NCBI GenBank assembly: GCA_951406725.2
Contig: OX597821.1
Coordinates: forward strand, 102,196,001 to 102,320,000
DNA from: Octopus vulgaris
Taxonomy: Eukaryota
Direction: 5' to 3'
Length of the DNA: 124,000 nt
Shown here piece by piece: positions 45,501-56,310 of this stretch. The notes beneath the pieces were generated by a model that searched no databases, was not told where the DNA came from, and saw nothing but the letters and a program-made list of their open reading frames with translations. Both the position numbers and the translations under genes were made by a program. Each line of letters starts with the position of its first letter. The first letter of the stretch is position 1.

Positions 45501-46882
45501 GAATAATTCACCTCTGGAAACATGGGTGTTTTGTTCATCATCCTTAAAACAAACCTTATTCAAGGACCTTTTGAGCAGGATGCGCTACTCTCATCATCAT
45601 CATCATCCGCTTTCCATGCTGGCATGAGTTGGACGGTGCAACTGGGGTCTGGGAAGCCAGAAGGCTGCACCAGGCCCAGTCTGACCTGGCAATGTTTCTA
45701 CGGCTGGATGCCCTTCCTAACATCAACCACTCTGTGAGTGTAGTGGGTGCCTTTTGCCACCGGCACGTGCCAGACGAGGTGAAGAAAATTCTAACTGGGC
45801 CCCAACTGCAAGGTCATGCGCTGTTTAATCTGATATGAGATCACCATGTTACGCACATATGGTTGTGATGCATGTGCCTGGCATACCCTTATCAGACGGG
45901 TAGTCATGATGGGTATATTGGGCTTTGTATATTTGTACCCCTTGATGGCATGCACTGCTCTCTCACTCAATAATAAATCTCGATTTTAGCACAAGGTCAA
46001 CAATTTTAAGGGGAGGGGATTAGTTGATATCCTTGACCCCAGGAGGTTAAAAGGCTAAGCTGACCTTGGTAGGATCTGAACTCAGAATATAAAGAGCTGG
46101 AACAAAGCATTTCGCCTAACACTCTAATGATTCCATCAAGTAATAATACATACCTGCAGATACTTCTCTGTGACTGTTCTTTCTTCATTTAGGGAAGCCA
46201 ACCAACATATGCCTTCCCATAAGGACAACAGTTGCTTCTTCTGAGACAGTAAATTTTTGTGTGTATTTATATATTCAAAAAATCTAGGAAATATAAATAT
46301 TAAACAATACAATACTTAGATATTAGGGGTGCCAAAAAGTCATGTCGTATTTTCAAGCAACAATTGAAGAGGGTCTGCATCAAATTATCAGAACTTACCC
46401 TGGGGGCTTAATAAACCTTAATCATCTCAAGCAGATTGAAGAAATGAATAGAGAAAGGAAGTGGGTTGTTCACAAAAATAAAACAGTGCATTCAACAATT
46501 TGCTAATTAGGAATGAATAAACATCTTTTCTTAATCAAATTGTAATAGGTGATGAACACTTCATTTCGTGTTGCCTTAGTGCTACATGGGGACTGGCAGG
46601 TCAAAGAATAGACCCAACGTTTCCATTGCATGCCGTAAAAGGTGACTTAAAGAGGTTGAGATAGGATTTGCACTCAAACCTCGTAAAATCTTCAATAGGC
46701 GCAGGAGTGGCTGTGTGGTAAGTAGCTTGCTTACCAACCACATGGTTCCGGGTTCAGTCCCACTGCATGGCTCCTTGGGCAAGTGTCTTCTACTATAGCT
46801 TCAGGCTGACCAAAGCCTTGTGAATGGATTTGGTAGACAGAAACTGAAAGAAGCCCGTTGTATATATGTATATATGTATGTA

Positions 46883-46971
<89 letters not shown>

Positions 46972-48285
46972 TTGTGTGTCTGTGTTTGTCCCCCACCCAA
47001 CATCGCTTGACAACCGATGCTGGTGTGTTTACATCCCCGTAACTTAGTGGTTCGGCAAAAGAGACCAATAGAATAAGTACTAGGCTTACAAAGTATAAGT
47101 CCTGGGGTTGATTTGCTCGACTAAAGGCGGTGCTCCAGCATGGCTACAGTCAAATGACTGAAACAAGTAAAAGAGCAACTACAACCCAAACAAACTAAAT
47201 TAATTAAAGGGTTGCTGCCTATGAGGTGCAAAGTTATTCTCTGCCAGTAGTAGTAGGGAATCACCAACAAATGGTGGATGCAATGACATGCTGTTCTGGG
47301 CTGGTATCAAAATGGTTAAGTGTTTTTTTCTGTCCTGCTATAGAGTTTTAGCTTCAGCTACACAGAATTAGTAAGAGACACTAATCTACAAATCAATTCT
47401 GAATATAACAAGATGTTACAGTCTGGTCCAATGTTTGAGAAATAATTATGAATTAACAGTGAAGATTTTTAAATGTAGATGTAGTTTAACTGTTCTACTT
47501 TATCTCCGTAAGATAATTCATCATTCAGTTGAGTGCTAGTAGGATAGACTACTATATTTTCCTGCATACAAGTTGAATTTTTCAGGCCAAAATTTACAGC
47601 CACAAAAACTTCAACTTCTAAAATTCCATGTGAAATGCAGCAGGATTTGGATGATGTTTGAATGTTTACAGTACATGCTATGTCAAAAATAAGGTATTCA
47701 TCAACGTCCAACCTAATGAGCTATCCCAATTAAGCCTTCCACTACCATATTACTGATGAATTCCACTGTCTCCATTTCAATAACTTTTAAAAATAATGAA
47801 CAATTTGTTAAAATAACTTTGTCCTTATTAAGTTGGTGTTTGGATCATAATATGAAATTTTGATGGAAGATTTTAGAACTTTAAAACAGGCAGTTTGTAT
47901 CATAAAACCAAGGATGGTCTTTGGTAAATTGCTATGAAAATGGCTAAGTCATAAGATAAACAGATGTTTCATTTTCTAAGATAAACACTAGTCAAATATA
48001 CATCAGATGTTCCATTGCTGAACTATTTGAACTGTGATAGACCCCTCAGTTATTTAATTACAATTCCTTAATTTTTATTTTAAAAAATATTAAAACATAA
48101 ATAATTTACCTCTTGTCTTTCCAATCGTCAATTTTTCTGTTTGCAAACATCTCCAGAAAAACATCTATAAAAATGTTAGGAAGAGATGGAAAAAAAATTA
48201 ATTATTGATCTTATTCAGCTTATTTAAGAATAAGGAGCATTTCTAGAGCAAAAAAAGGAAATTTTTCTAGACATACAAATATGCC

Positions 48286-48327
<42 letters not shown>

Positions 48328-48709
48328 TATAAATATAAAACTGTCCAACCCATGCCAGCATGGAAAGCAGATGTTAAACAATGACGATGATGATATATAT
48401 ATATAAATCCATCCATCCATATGTACATATATATCATTCACATTTACAGAAAACAAAAGACGAAGACAGGTGAAGGAATAACAAGCAGGTGTGTTAGTTC
48501 AATGCTTGGGATGAATGGGAAAAGTCTTTGACATTTCAAGTCTACACTCTTCGACAGAAAGGATTGAGAGGAAAAAAAAAGAGAGAGAATGTAAAAAAAT
48601 GGAGAGAGGAAAAAAATGTGTAGGGGATTAATGGTTCAATATGATGAAATGGCCAGAAGAAAGAGGTTGACTATATATATATATATATATTATTCTGCAT
48701 TTCCCTATC

Positions 48710-48750
<41 letters not shown>

Positions 48751-51700
48751 GTATATATATATATATATACACACACACGTGTATAATGATTGATGATGAT
48801 GACTTCAATTGTGGATTCACAGTGCTACAATAGTTTCATGTAAAAAGAACTTCCTTTTTTCAAGGGATTCTCTTTAAAATGTTTGTAATAACTTTGGTCT
48901 TTATTTGGAACACAACATTACTTTCTTTTACGGAAATTTTCAATTTAGATTTCTTTACAACAGGAACTGTGTGTCACAGAACCCGAGGTGGTCGTCAGCA
49001 AGTCGGTATCTAACCCTAACCCTCACTGCTGTTGGTACCATATGAAAAGCACCCAGCACACTCTGTAGAGTGGTTGGCATAAAGAAAGGCATCTAGCCAT
49101 AGAAACCATGCCACAACAGACAAATGGAGCCTGGAACAGTTCTCCAGCCTTGCCAGCTCCTGTCAAACCGTCCAACCCATGCCAGCATGGAAAACAGACA
49201 TCAAATGATGATGATGATGAAATAAAATGTGTTAATGACTCTACTAGGATTTGAACCCATTTGCCATAGACTAGAGGTCCATCAACTCCACTATTTTATT
49301 TTGAGAGGTTAAATATAAGAAATTAAACATAAAGGTGCCTTACCTGAAGGGTTTCTCTCAACAGACGGGGGATCTAAGTTTAGAAATTGCTTGTTATCAG
49401 AGGATGACAATGAGTGCTTGTTCTGGCCAAAATACTGAGAAATAAACTCAACATGTCTCAAAAGTTCTGGAGATTCTTCCTCCAAAGTGTTTGTACAAAT
49501 AAGTTTTGGAAGAAGAGAATGGAAAACGTCACTACATTTATCAACAGAAAATATGTCAAAATCTTGTAAGGGTTTTGGATTTTCAAGGTCTGCTCTCCAT
49601 TTTAAATACAAATAAATGTTTTCTATGAGCAGTCTGGGATCTGGAGCTGTAGAAATGCAGCTATTAAATTCAAAAAGAGATGGGATTTTCTGAAAGAACT
49701 CATTTACAGAGCTATCCATTTCCATAAGTGATTCTAAATCATTTTCCTTTTGTAAATACTGGGATACATTTTGCGCAACATCAGGATATGCCATCTCTCT
49801 CACTTCTTGTACAGCCATGTCATTCATAAGATCAATAAGCTTGATGTGAATATCATAGTGTGTGCTGCAGAAGGCCACCCAGAGACATGTGAGATGAAAG
49901 AAAAGACCATCAGTCTGAGAAGCATCAGCAATGCCAGGATTTGGTTTAGATTCTGTAGAATGACAAGTGGATAATAACAGTAACTCTTTGAGGCATTGAA
50001 GAATTTCATTTAATAAGTTGGGATTGGCATTCATCACATCGATAAAAGACTTCAGCTTGAGGCTTTGCAGAAAACATGATGTAGCAAACTTTCTTTTGAT
50101 TAAGGGTTGTGAAACATCAAGGATAACTTCTGGGAGACATGTCCTGACAACCATCATTGTAACAGAGGAAAGCAAAGGGATGTCTTTTAATGATTGAGGC
50201 TCCTCCAGACAATACTGTAACATTTTTCTAATAAGACTGTGAACATCAGCTTCATCCAGCAGAATAAGGTTCTGAAATCAGAATATTAATAAATTATTAC
50301 TATTATTGTGAGTGCTACGCTGCTGCCGCCATTGTCATCATCTTCAACTTTGAGATGGCTTCAATGGCTGAATACCCTACCTAATACCAACCACTTTCCA
50401 TTGAGTATTCAATGCTTTTGTTTTCATGCAGCTAGTATTAGCCAGGCCAACAAATAACTTGCAACAGAAGTTGGGCCTTCGTAAGTGTCAACTAAGGAGT
50501 GGGGAAGTGTTTAAGAGGAAGAGGTGGTTTTATACCAGGTGTTGAAAAGTTTAAGTATGATAGAGGGACAAACACAGGTGCCTAGCTATAGAGGAGATAC
50601 ATAGCTACCCAACATTATATAAGGGTGGATGGGAGTAGCTGGAAAGAAAATGGAGATGATGGTGACAAGATGCCAGAGCTTTTTAAGATAAAAATATATG
50701 TGTCTAAGAGACAAGCCCTTTGGCGATATGCTGTGCTTGAGAAGACTCATCAAGCCAAGTGAAATCTTAGTTGTGACCAATGGCAGTGTCATGTAACTGG
50801 CACCCATCACCATCATCATCATCATCGTCATTAAGGCAGTGTGCTGGCAGAATCCTTAGTGCACTGGACAAAATGCTTAGCAGCATTTCTTCCAGTTTTA
50901 CATTCTGACTTCAAATGCTGCCAAGGTTTGCCTTTCATCATTTGGGGGTGGGTGGGTTGGGGGCGGGGGTCAATAAAATAAGTAGCAGTTGCACACTGAG
51001 GTCAATGTAATCAACTAGCTCCCACCCTCCCCAAAATTTCAGGCATTGTGCCAAAATTAGAAAGCATTATTATTATTATCCTTTCCTTTTAATTTTGTTT
51101 CCATTTCTTGCTGAGTGTCTTCCTGACATCTAGGGCAAAGAAACTCATTGTATACATTGATAGGCCATTATAATAAACACAACAGATTGTTCATTTACAA
51201 AATCAGGTGATAGGAAAAAGGGGGAAGAAAGACATAATTATTATCATTGTTATTATTAAGAAAATGGCAAACTAGCAGAATCATCTGTGCACTCGACGAA
51301 ACGCTTAGCAGCATTTCTTCTGGTTTTACATTCTGCTACGGTCGATTTTACCTTTCATCCTTTCAAGGTCAACAAAATAAGTACCAGTTTCACACTGGGG
51401 TTGATGTAATTGACTAGCTCCCTCCCGCCAAATTTCAGGCTTTGTGCTAAAATTAGAAAGCATTATTATCCTTACCCTCATATAATATCCTTCCCAGTTG
51501 CAGCTTGTCACTAATTCAAAGTACACAACAGGAGAAATGTGTGGCAATACTGTCTGAGCAATGGCCAGCAAATCTGTGTCCTTACAGACATTCTCCTCCC
51601 GTAACTGATTCCATAGAGACTCTTCTTCCAGTTGTTTGTGAGCAATTAGTTTCAGGAAGATAACTAAATGTAAAGTGAATCGCCAGTGTTCTTTTGTAAA

Positions 51701-53154
51701 ACCGGAATCGTTGTCTGCCATCAAACCATTGCATACTTCATTGATTGTGTCAACAAGTACAGGACTGAACTGTTGACAGCATTTCTTGGAAAGTGAAGAA
51801 AGATCTTTATTTGATTCTTTAATCTAGAACAGAGAAAAAAATAAGAAAAAATTAGCAACACTTGAAAGTAATTCAGAAATTTTTTACTGCAGAAAATTAT
51901 TTTTATTATTTTAAAAGTGAGAGCTAGCATATTACTCTTATTAATATTATTATTACGCTCCGAGTTCAAATTCCACTGAGGTTGACTTTGCTTTTCATCC
52001 TTTAGAGATCGATAAATTAAGTACCAGTGAAACACTGGGGTCGATGTAATCGTCTAGTCTCCTCCCAGAAAATTTCAGGCCTTGTACTTTTAGTAGAAAG
52101 GATTATTATTTCATTTAAAACCAAATGCCTTGGATGAAAATTCATATAATTCATGTTACAGGTACATTGGCTTTAATGGTCATAGGGAATAGATAAATAG
52201 TACAAGACAGCTGTCTAGTCGTGTTCGTTATCATAACATTTCTGATGAAGAGATTTAACATTTTATTACAGTGACTCAGTTTTCAAGCTAATGTGTATTT
52301 TTTGCGTATATATGTTGGCCAGAGGTATAACTCTCCTTTCATGTACCATGGTGATTATGGACCTCTATGCTCTCCTGTCCCAATCACAACTTAGCAAGTC
52401 TTAGGCCAGTCCTGATGAAAATGTATTTATTTAAAAAAAGAAAAACAGTATAACAAATAACAATAATTGTGTCAGGATTTAAGCAAAATTTTAAGAGGAA
52501 GAGGCTAGTTGATATCATGGACTGAAGTACTTCACTGGTATTTTATTCCATCGACAATGAAAGAATGACAGGCAAAGTTGATCTAGGTGGGATTTGAACT
52601 CAGAACGAAATGAGCCGGAACATATACCACCAAAACATTTCTTCTGACGCTCTACCGATCCAGTCAGTTCCTCATAAGACATTCGTTTTTTTTTTTTTTG
52701 TTTTTTTGTAAAATAAGAATACTGAAAATTATTTTAAAACTAAGTTGTACTTTTGCCGTTTCTATTTCGCATAAACTTAAATCGGGCAAAATTTTGTAAA
52801 CAATTCACACGTGTTGTTCGAGCGGTTAATTTTGTGTAAATAAAGTAATTGTTTGTTTTGTAGACAGATTTATTTAAACTTTAGAAACAAATTCTCCATC
52901 TTCTTCAATATCATATTTCTTTAATCAAATTATATGCTTTTCAACTTTTGATAAAAAATTTTAAAAGTAGTCAAATCTTATGTAAAAACTATGAAGACAA
53001 CCAAAGAGGATAAACGATAACAGCAAGGCAGAAGAAGAAGAGCAAATAACATCAAAATAATGATTTGGGAGAATAAACAAAATCTATACTCAACAAATTT
53101 CTCAAACAATTTAAAAGTGCTTTGCAAAACAGCAAATTCTGGCGAATATTTCAT
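29258..53154 (-). CDS. GEMIN4: Gem-associated protein 4 (SMN complex), 15 coding exons, about 1114 aa
   Basis: Exons splice in phase at GT-AG introns. Blocks match vertebrate GEMIN4 in order: PEFAVLQSTFKLFEKF ~ EEMTILHGGFLLAEQL; VLWLKEEIKSLDWTVKFRL ~ LSWLHRKLEQLDWTVGLRL; CLALAQLIP...KHLLHQKQLVVP ~ LVALVQVMP...RRLLEKQLLHVP. Length is close to human (1058 aa). Confidence 0.88.
30457..30572 (-). CDS. GEMIN4: GEMIN4 exon 14
   Basis: TTTTAG|GT acceptor, AGA|GTAAGC donor; GLQEYSGLCQILIDSAVLQGP...ILAVIR. Confidence 0.82.
32645..32777 (-). CDS. GEMIN4: GEMIN4 exon 13
   Basis: TTTCAG|CTA acceptor, CAG|GTAAG donor; LIPNLLSSECILVCQFLKHLLHQKQLVVPC. Confidence 0.88.
35320..35447 (-). CDS. GEMIN4: GEMIN4 exon 12
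   Basis: TTGTAG|AT acceptor, CAG|GTGAGT donor; DLSQTLNLLRF...HVCLALAQ. Confidence 0.85.
35653..35710 (-). CDS. GEMIN4: GEMIN4 exon 11
   Basis: CTGCAG|GTG acceptor, GTG|GTATGT donor; VNQSICCQFLKTQNLLHDC; supplies the required phase 0 to 1 change. Confidence 0.72.
36697..36791 (-). CDS. GEMIN4: GEMIN4 exon 10
   Basis: TTACAG|GA acceptor, GAT|GTAAGT donor; contains LDWTVKFRL, the most recognisable GEMIN4 motif. Confidence 0.9.
38734..39106 (-). CDS. GEMIN4: GEMIN4 exon 9
   Basis: CTCCAG|CCA acceptor, AAG|GTGAGT donor; ILRIYILPHL...VVLLQFCYALNDCTEFW. Confidence 0.88.
39981..40203 (+). mobile_element. CORE-type tRNA-derived SINE (family 2, representative young copy)
   Basis: GGCGGCGAGCTGGCAGAA...GAGTTCAAATTCC...CTTTCATCCTTTCGGGGTC. 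Near-identical copies at 93057-93291(+), 115182-115401(-), 44985-45220(-), 111505-111730(-), 122350-122585(-). Confidence 0.9.
40896..41072 (-). CDS. GEMIN4: GEMIN4 exon 8
   Basis: TTTCAG|ATG acceptor, ACA|GTATG donor; MLQLLPNSC...FIKLLQQLLT. Confidence 0.85.
43290..43397 (-). CDS. GEMIN4: GEMIN4 exon 7
   Basis: TTTCAG|ATT acceptor, AAA|GTAAGA donor; IPYKISQYALLDIESIIKISVATALRNPKQMDVIVK. Confidence 0.82.
44629..44802 (-). CDS. GEMIN4: GEMIN4 exon 6
   Basis: TTCAAG|GTG acceptor, AAG|GTTACA donor; VLLNAFASLPSFLQDDII...LTEIRDIK. Confidence 0.8.
46154..46283 (-). CDS. GEMIN4: GEMIN4 exon 5
   Basis: CCTAG|A acceptor, CAG|GTATGT donor; FFEYINTHKNLLSQKKQLLSLWEGIC...KYLQ. Confidence 0.8.
46697..47175 (+). 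mobile_element. tRNA-headed SINE with a central microsatellite (family 1, representative full copy)
   Basis: GGCGCAGGAGTGGCTGTGTGG...GGTTCAGTCCC head, (TG)n core, tail ...TGACTGAAACAAGTAAAAGAG. Other copies at ~7270-7655(-), 19715-20080(+), 68945-69336(-), 79810-80200(-), 85577-85940(+), 121380-121785(-), 123143-123532(+). Confidence 0.92.
48110..48164 (-). CDS. GEMIN4: GEMIN4 exon 4
   Basis: TATAG|AT acceptor, GAG|GTAAAT donor; DVFLEMFANRKIDDWKDK; phases 1 to 2 fit the neighbouring exons. Confidence 0.8.
49344..50271 (-). CDS. GEMIN4: GEMIN4 exon 3 (928 bp)
   Basis: Covers nearly all of the 304-aa ORF; TTCAG|AAC acceptor, CAG|GTAAG donor. Confidence 0.9.
51476..51823 (-). CDS. GEMIN4: GEMIN4 exon 2
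   Basis: TTCTAG|ATT acceptor, AGG|GTAAG donor; IKESNKDLSSLSKK...LPHISPVVYFELVTSCNWEGYYMR. Confidence 0.85.
53095..53154 (-). CDS. GEMIN4: GEMIN4 exon 1 (MKYSPEFAVLQSTFKLFEKF)
   Basis: ATG at 53154; resembles the GEMIN4 N-terminus. The only phase-0 donor is a weak GTTGAG, so the 3' boundary is uncertain. Confidence 0.6.
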
Positions 53155-54560
53155 ATTTAACTTCGCACAGGAATGAAAATTCTTATCAGAACATTTTTAA
53201 GAGAAGATATTTTAAGGTGACACCGATAAGGGAGACAACTGTGTTACGACTATTTGTCATTCTGGTGATGCGGTTTCGATACTCAGTGGAAATTGCTTTA
53301 CTTTTGCTATCTATACAATGAATGTCACAACTATTCATTAGCCTTTAATATTGGGTACACCCTATTCAAGTGTGCCCCTTCCGACTCCATTTCCTCATAA
53401 CTTTCAGAATAATGGTTATTTAATGAAATTTTCTACAAATACTTTTCAGATGGTGTAGATAACGTTTATATCGGAATTTAATGTGGGGGAAAAAAAGAGT
53501 CTGCGCGCACACAAACATACTGACACACAATCACAATTTTTTCAAAATTTATAGTTTGTATGTGTGCACGCCCGCCTTGCTTTTTCTTTTTTCGCGTTAA
53601 ATTGCGATATGATCGTAATCCACACCATCTGAAAGATATTTGTAGAAAATTTCATTAAAGAACTAATTTTTCTGAAAGTTATGAGGAAATAAAGTTTGTG
53701 GTGAGGAAGTGCACACTTATGTAGGTATGTCTAATATTGATCTAAAATTATAAAAACAAAAGCTAGTAACCATACCTACAGGGGTAGCATGAACGGCAAT
53801 ACGTTTTTGTAGAAATAGTGGAACATCGAGAGGGTAACTTTATGGCGTTTGATTCTGTATATGTTCAGAGTTCAAGCTTTACAAAGGGTGACATTTTTTT
53901 CAACCTCTTATTCTTCCTGGGACAATTACTACTACTAATAATAATAAAGCTAAAGTGAAGATCAAATAAATAGTGCGTGTGTTTAATTGGCTAAAGATGA
54001 CCGTCCCCAAGCATAACAAAATGAGTACTATTCACGTATTAATCACCTCACTTCTTCGCTACGAATATTTAGTATTGTTTTAATGTAAACAATTTTCATT
54101 TGAATGGAAATTTTGTTTTCATAATAAAACACATTGTTAGGTTTGTACCACCCCCTTGAGACCCAACTACATTCTACCTAAAAAAAAAAATATAGGTAAT
54201 ATAAATGTCCTAAATTCAGTGGCGGCGTTAATGAAAATGTTACGCTTTAATTTAATGTCTTAAACTTATCTTTATTAATTTGTCTCGAATTATACATAGA
54301 TATATATAACATTTACACAGATATAAGAGTTAGAACTTGTGATCCGCCCGCGGACCTTTTTCTTTGGAAATCTTTGCCCGCCGCACTGAAAGGTTTCCCC
54401 ACCCCTGCTGTAGAACATTGTCATTTTATAAGGTTTTACTGGCAAATTCTTAAATTGACATAAGCATTCATTTACATGAAAGAAAATTATCGGAGAACTT
54501 TCATCTAATTCTTCCAAATCTTTCTGTCAAAACTGTATTAAAACCATTCGTTGGGAATCT
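53155..54560 (-). promoter_or_regulatory. GEMIN4 5' and promoter region
   Basis: CpG-retaining sequence directly upstream of the GEMIN4 ATG. Confidence 0.5.
54340..54407 (-). mobile_element. hAT-type element terminus
   Basis: CAGGGGTGGGGAAACCTTT...GCGGCGGGC, a typical hAT/Charlie-like end. Confidence 0.45.
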
Positions 54561-55019
54561 TTTTATCACACACCACAAGGTTTAACGGAACCTACTGAAG
54601 CAAGCCAGCACGCTCGCAGCATTACCACGGGCGATGGCGAGGCTAAGGCGTTTAGAAAGCCAAGTGACCTCGTGGGAATCACCTGACGCATCGGTTGGGC
54701 GAGCTGCCAACGTTGATAATAACTTTGCGATTAGTGGCCCTGTCCCTCCGCCACAGGTTGGAAACCAAATGACCAAATGCGCTCGCAGTTTTTCCACAAT
54801 AAATTGCTAGGAACACAAGGCAGGGCACACAAACAGATGACCTGTACAATGAAAGACTGTTAGGACAGATGAGAGACAATTTGTTGCTGCAACTGGAAGC
54901 ACTCCGTCGGTTACGACGAGGGTTCCGGTTGATCCGATCAACGATCAACGACGACGAGGGTTCCAGTTGATCCGATCAACGGAACAGCCTGCTCGTGAAA
55001 TTAACGTGTAAGTGGCTGA

Positions 55020-55312
55020 GCACTCCACATACACGTGTACCCTTAACGTAGTTCTCGGGGATATTCAGCGTGACAAAGAGAGTGACAAGGCCGGCCCTTT
55101 GAAATACAGGTACAACAGAAACAGGAAGTAAGAGTGAGAGAAAGTTGTGGTGAAAGAGTACAGCAGGGATCACCACCATCCCCTGCCGGAGCCTCGTGGA
55201 GCTTTAGGTGTTTTCGCTCAATAAACACTTACAACGCCTGGTCTGGGAATCGAAACCGCGATCCTACGACCGCGAGTCCGCTGCCCTAACCACTGGGCCA
55301 TTGCGCCTCCAC
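55020..55312 (-). mobile_element. tRNA-derived SINE family 4 (representative)
   Basis: GTGGAGGCGCAATGGCCCAGTGGTTAGGGCAGCGGACTCGCGG head. Copies at 42685-42960(+), 108920-109222(-), 118690-118998(-). Confidence 0.85.
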
Positions 55313-55879
55313 GGTTGCTGCAACAAGCTTCAGGTAACACAATATCACTGTCACTACAAGAAAAATAACCCTAAATTTCTGACCCTCACACTGGTTCTCT
55401 TGACTTGCTTGAAAATAGCAGCCAAATCATCATATCGCACTATATTGTAAAGCGTATCTATGTGTGTGTATGCACGTGTGTGTTTGTGATGAACTGGAAG
55501 AAATGGGGCTCAGCATCACATAGGTGGATAAATATTCTTTTAATAGAGATCAATGGTCCGACACCAAAGGTTTCGTGAGAAAATATTTGCAGTTATTCAT
55601 TCGTTCAAAGAATGTTTGTCAACTGCCATTTAAATGGTGAGAATGCGACACTATATTTTGTAAAATTACGGCAGAGATGTTAGCAACCACAAACTAGGAC
55701 TGAAGAAAGTAAATAGTTATGAAGGGAGATAACCTTTCGCTGACTACAGCATTGGTTGTTTCCCTTTACTACAAGAATGGATTATGTCATCATGCTGAGG
55801 TAAACATTAAAATTTACTAGTGTAGGATCACTCGTTACTGGAATATACGACAACGCTGAAAGAAGGCGACTTAACAGAA

Positions 55880-56310
55880 TAATGAATTACTTTATTGGGA
55901 TCTTTTCGGTTTTTTAAAAATAATCTTCACGTAACTAAACACTTTTAAACTTCGTATACTGGTAGAATGTGTTTATAAAACATCTTTTTCTCTTGGCTTT
56001 ATTGAGAAAATTCTATAGTTTGTAAGATTTCTTCGATTTCTGCAATTTCAACCAATCAATGACGTCTATTTGAGGTGAAAACATTCTGTGCCGTATGAAT
56101 ATGTCCCTCGTTTAAGAAACAGATTGGGTTTATTTACATTTCTGAAGAAAAAAAGATACCCTTCCTCCACCTTTAACCCTAACTAACCCTAACCCTAAAA
56201 CAGATTGAAATGCAATAGATCGATACTAGGGTCATAATTATGAGTGACAATTTCATATGACACCACTAGAAAAACTGCCGTTCAAACCGAAAAGATCCCT
56301 TTATTGACCT
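55880..56310. mobile_element. Non-autonomous element with sub-terminal inverted repeats and an internal TAACCC array (HINE/Helentron-like)
   Basis: GGGATCTTTTCGGTTT (55897) and AAACCGAAAAGATCCC (56284) are inverted; TAACCCTAACTAACCCTAACCCTAA at 56174-56198. Confidence 0.5.

Noticed and set aside
47469-47711. 80-aa minus-strand ORF within GEMIN4
   Set aside because: Exons 4 and 5 join in phase without it, and I found no matching splice sites or GEMIN4 similarity.
51721-52035. 104-aa ORF overlapping GEMIN4 exon 2
   Set aside because: It is an alternative frame that stops inside the exon; the GEMIN4-like frame is a different one.
54290-54517. ORF with PVKP..MT..S.GGETFQ, resembling the Helitron Pif1 C-terminus
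   Set aside because: The matching stretch coincides with a hAT-type terminus (CAGGGGTGGGGAAACC), so the similarity is probably chance.
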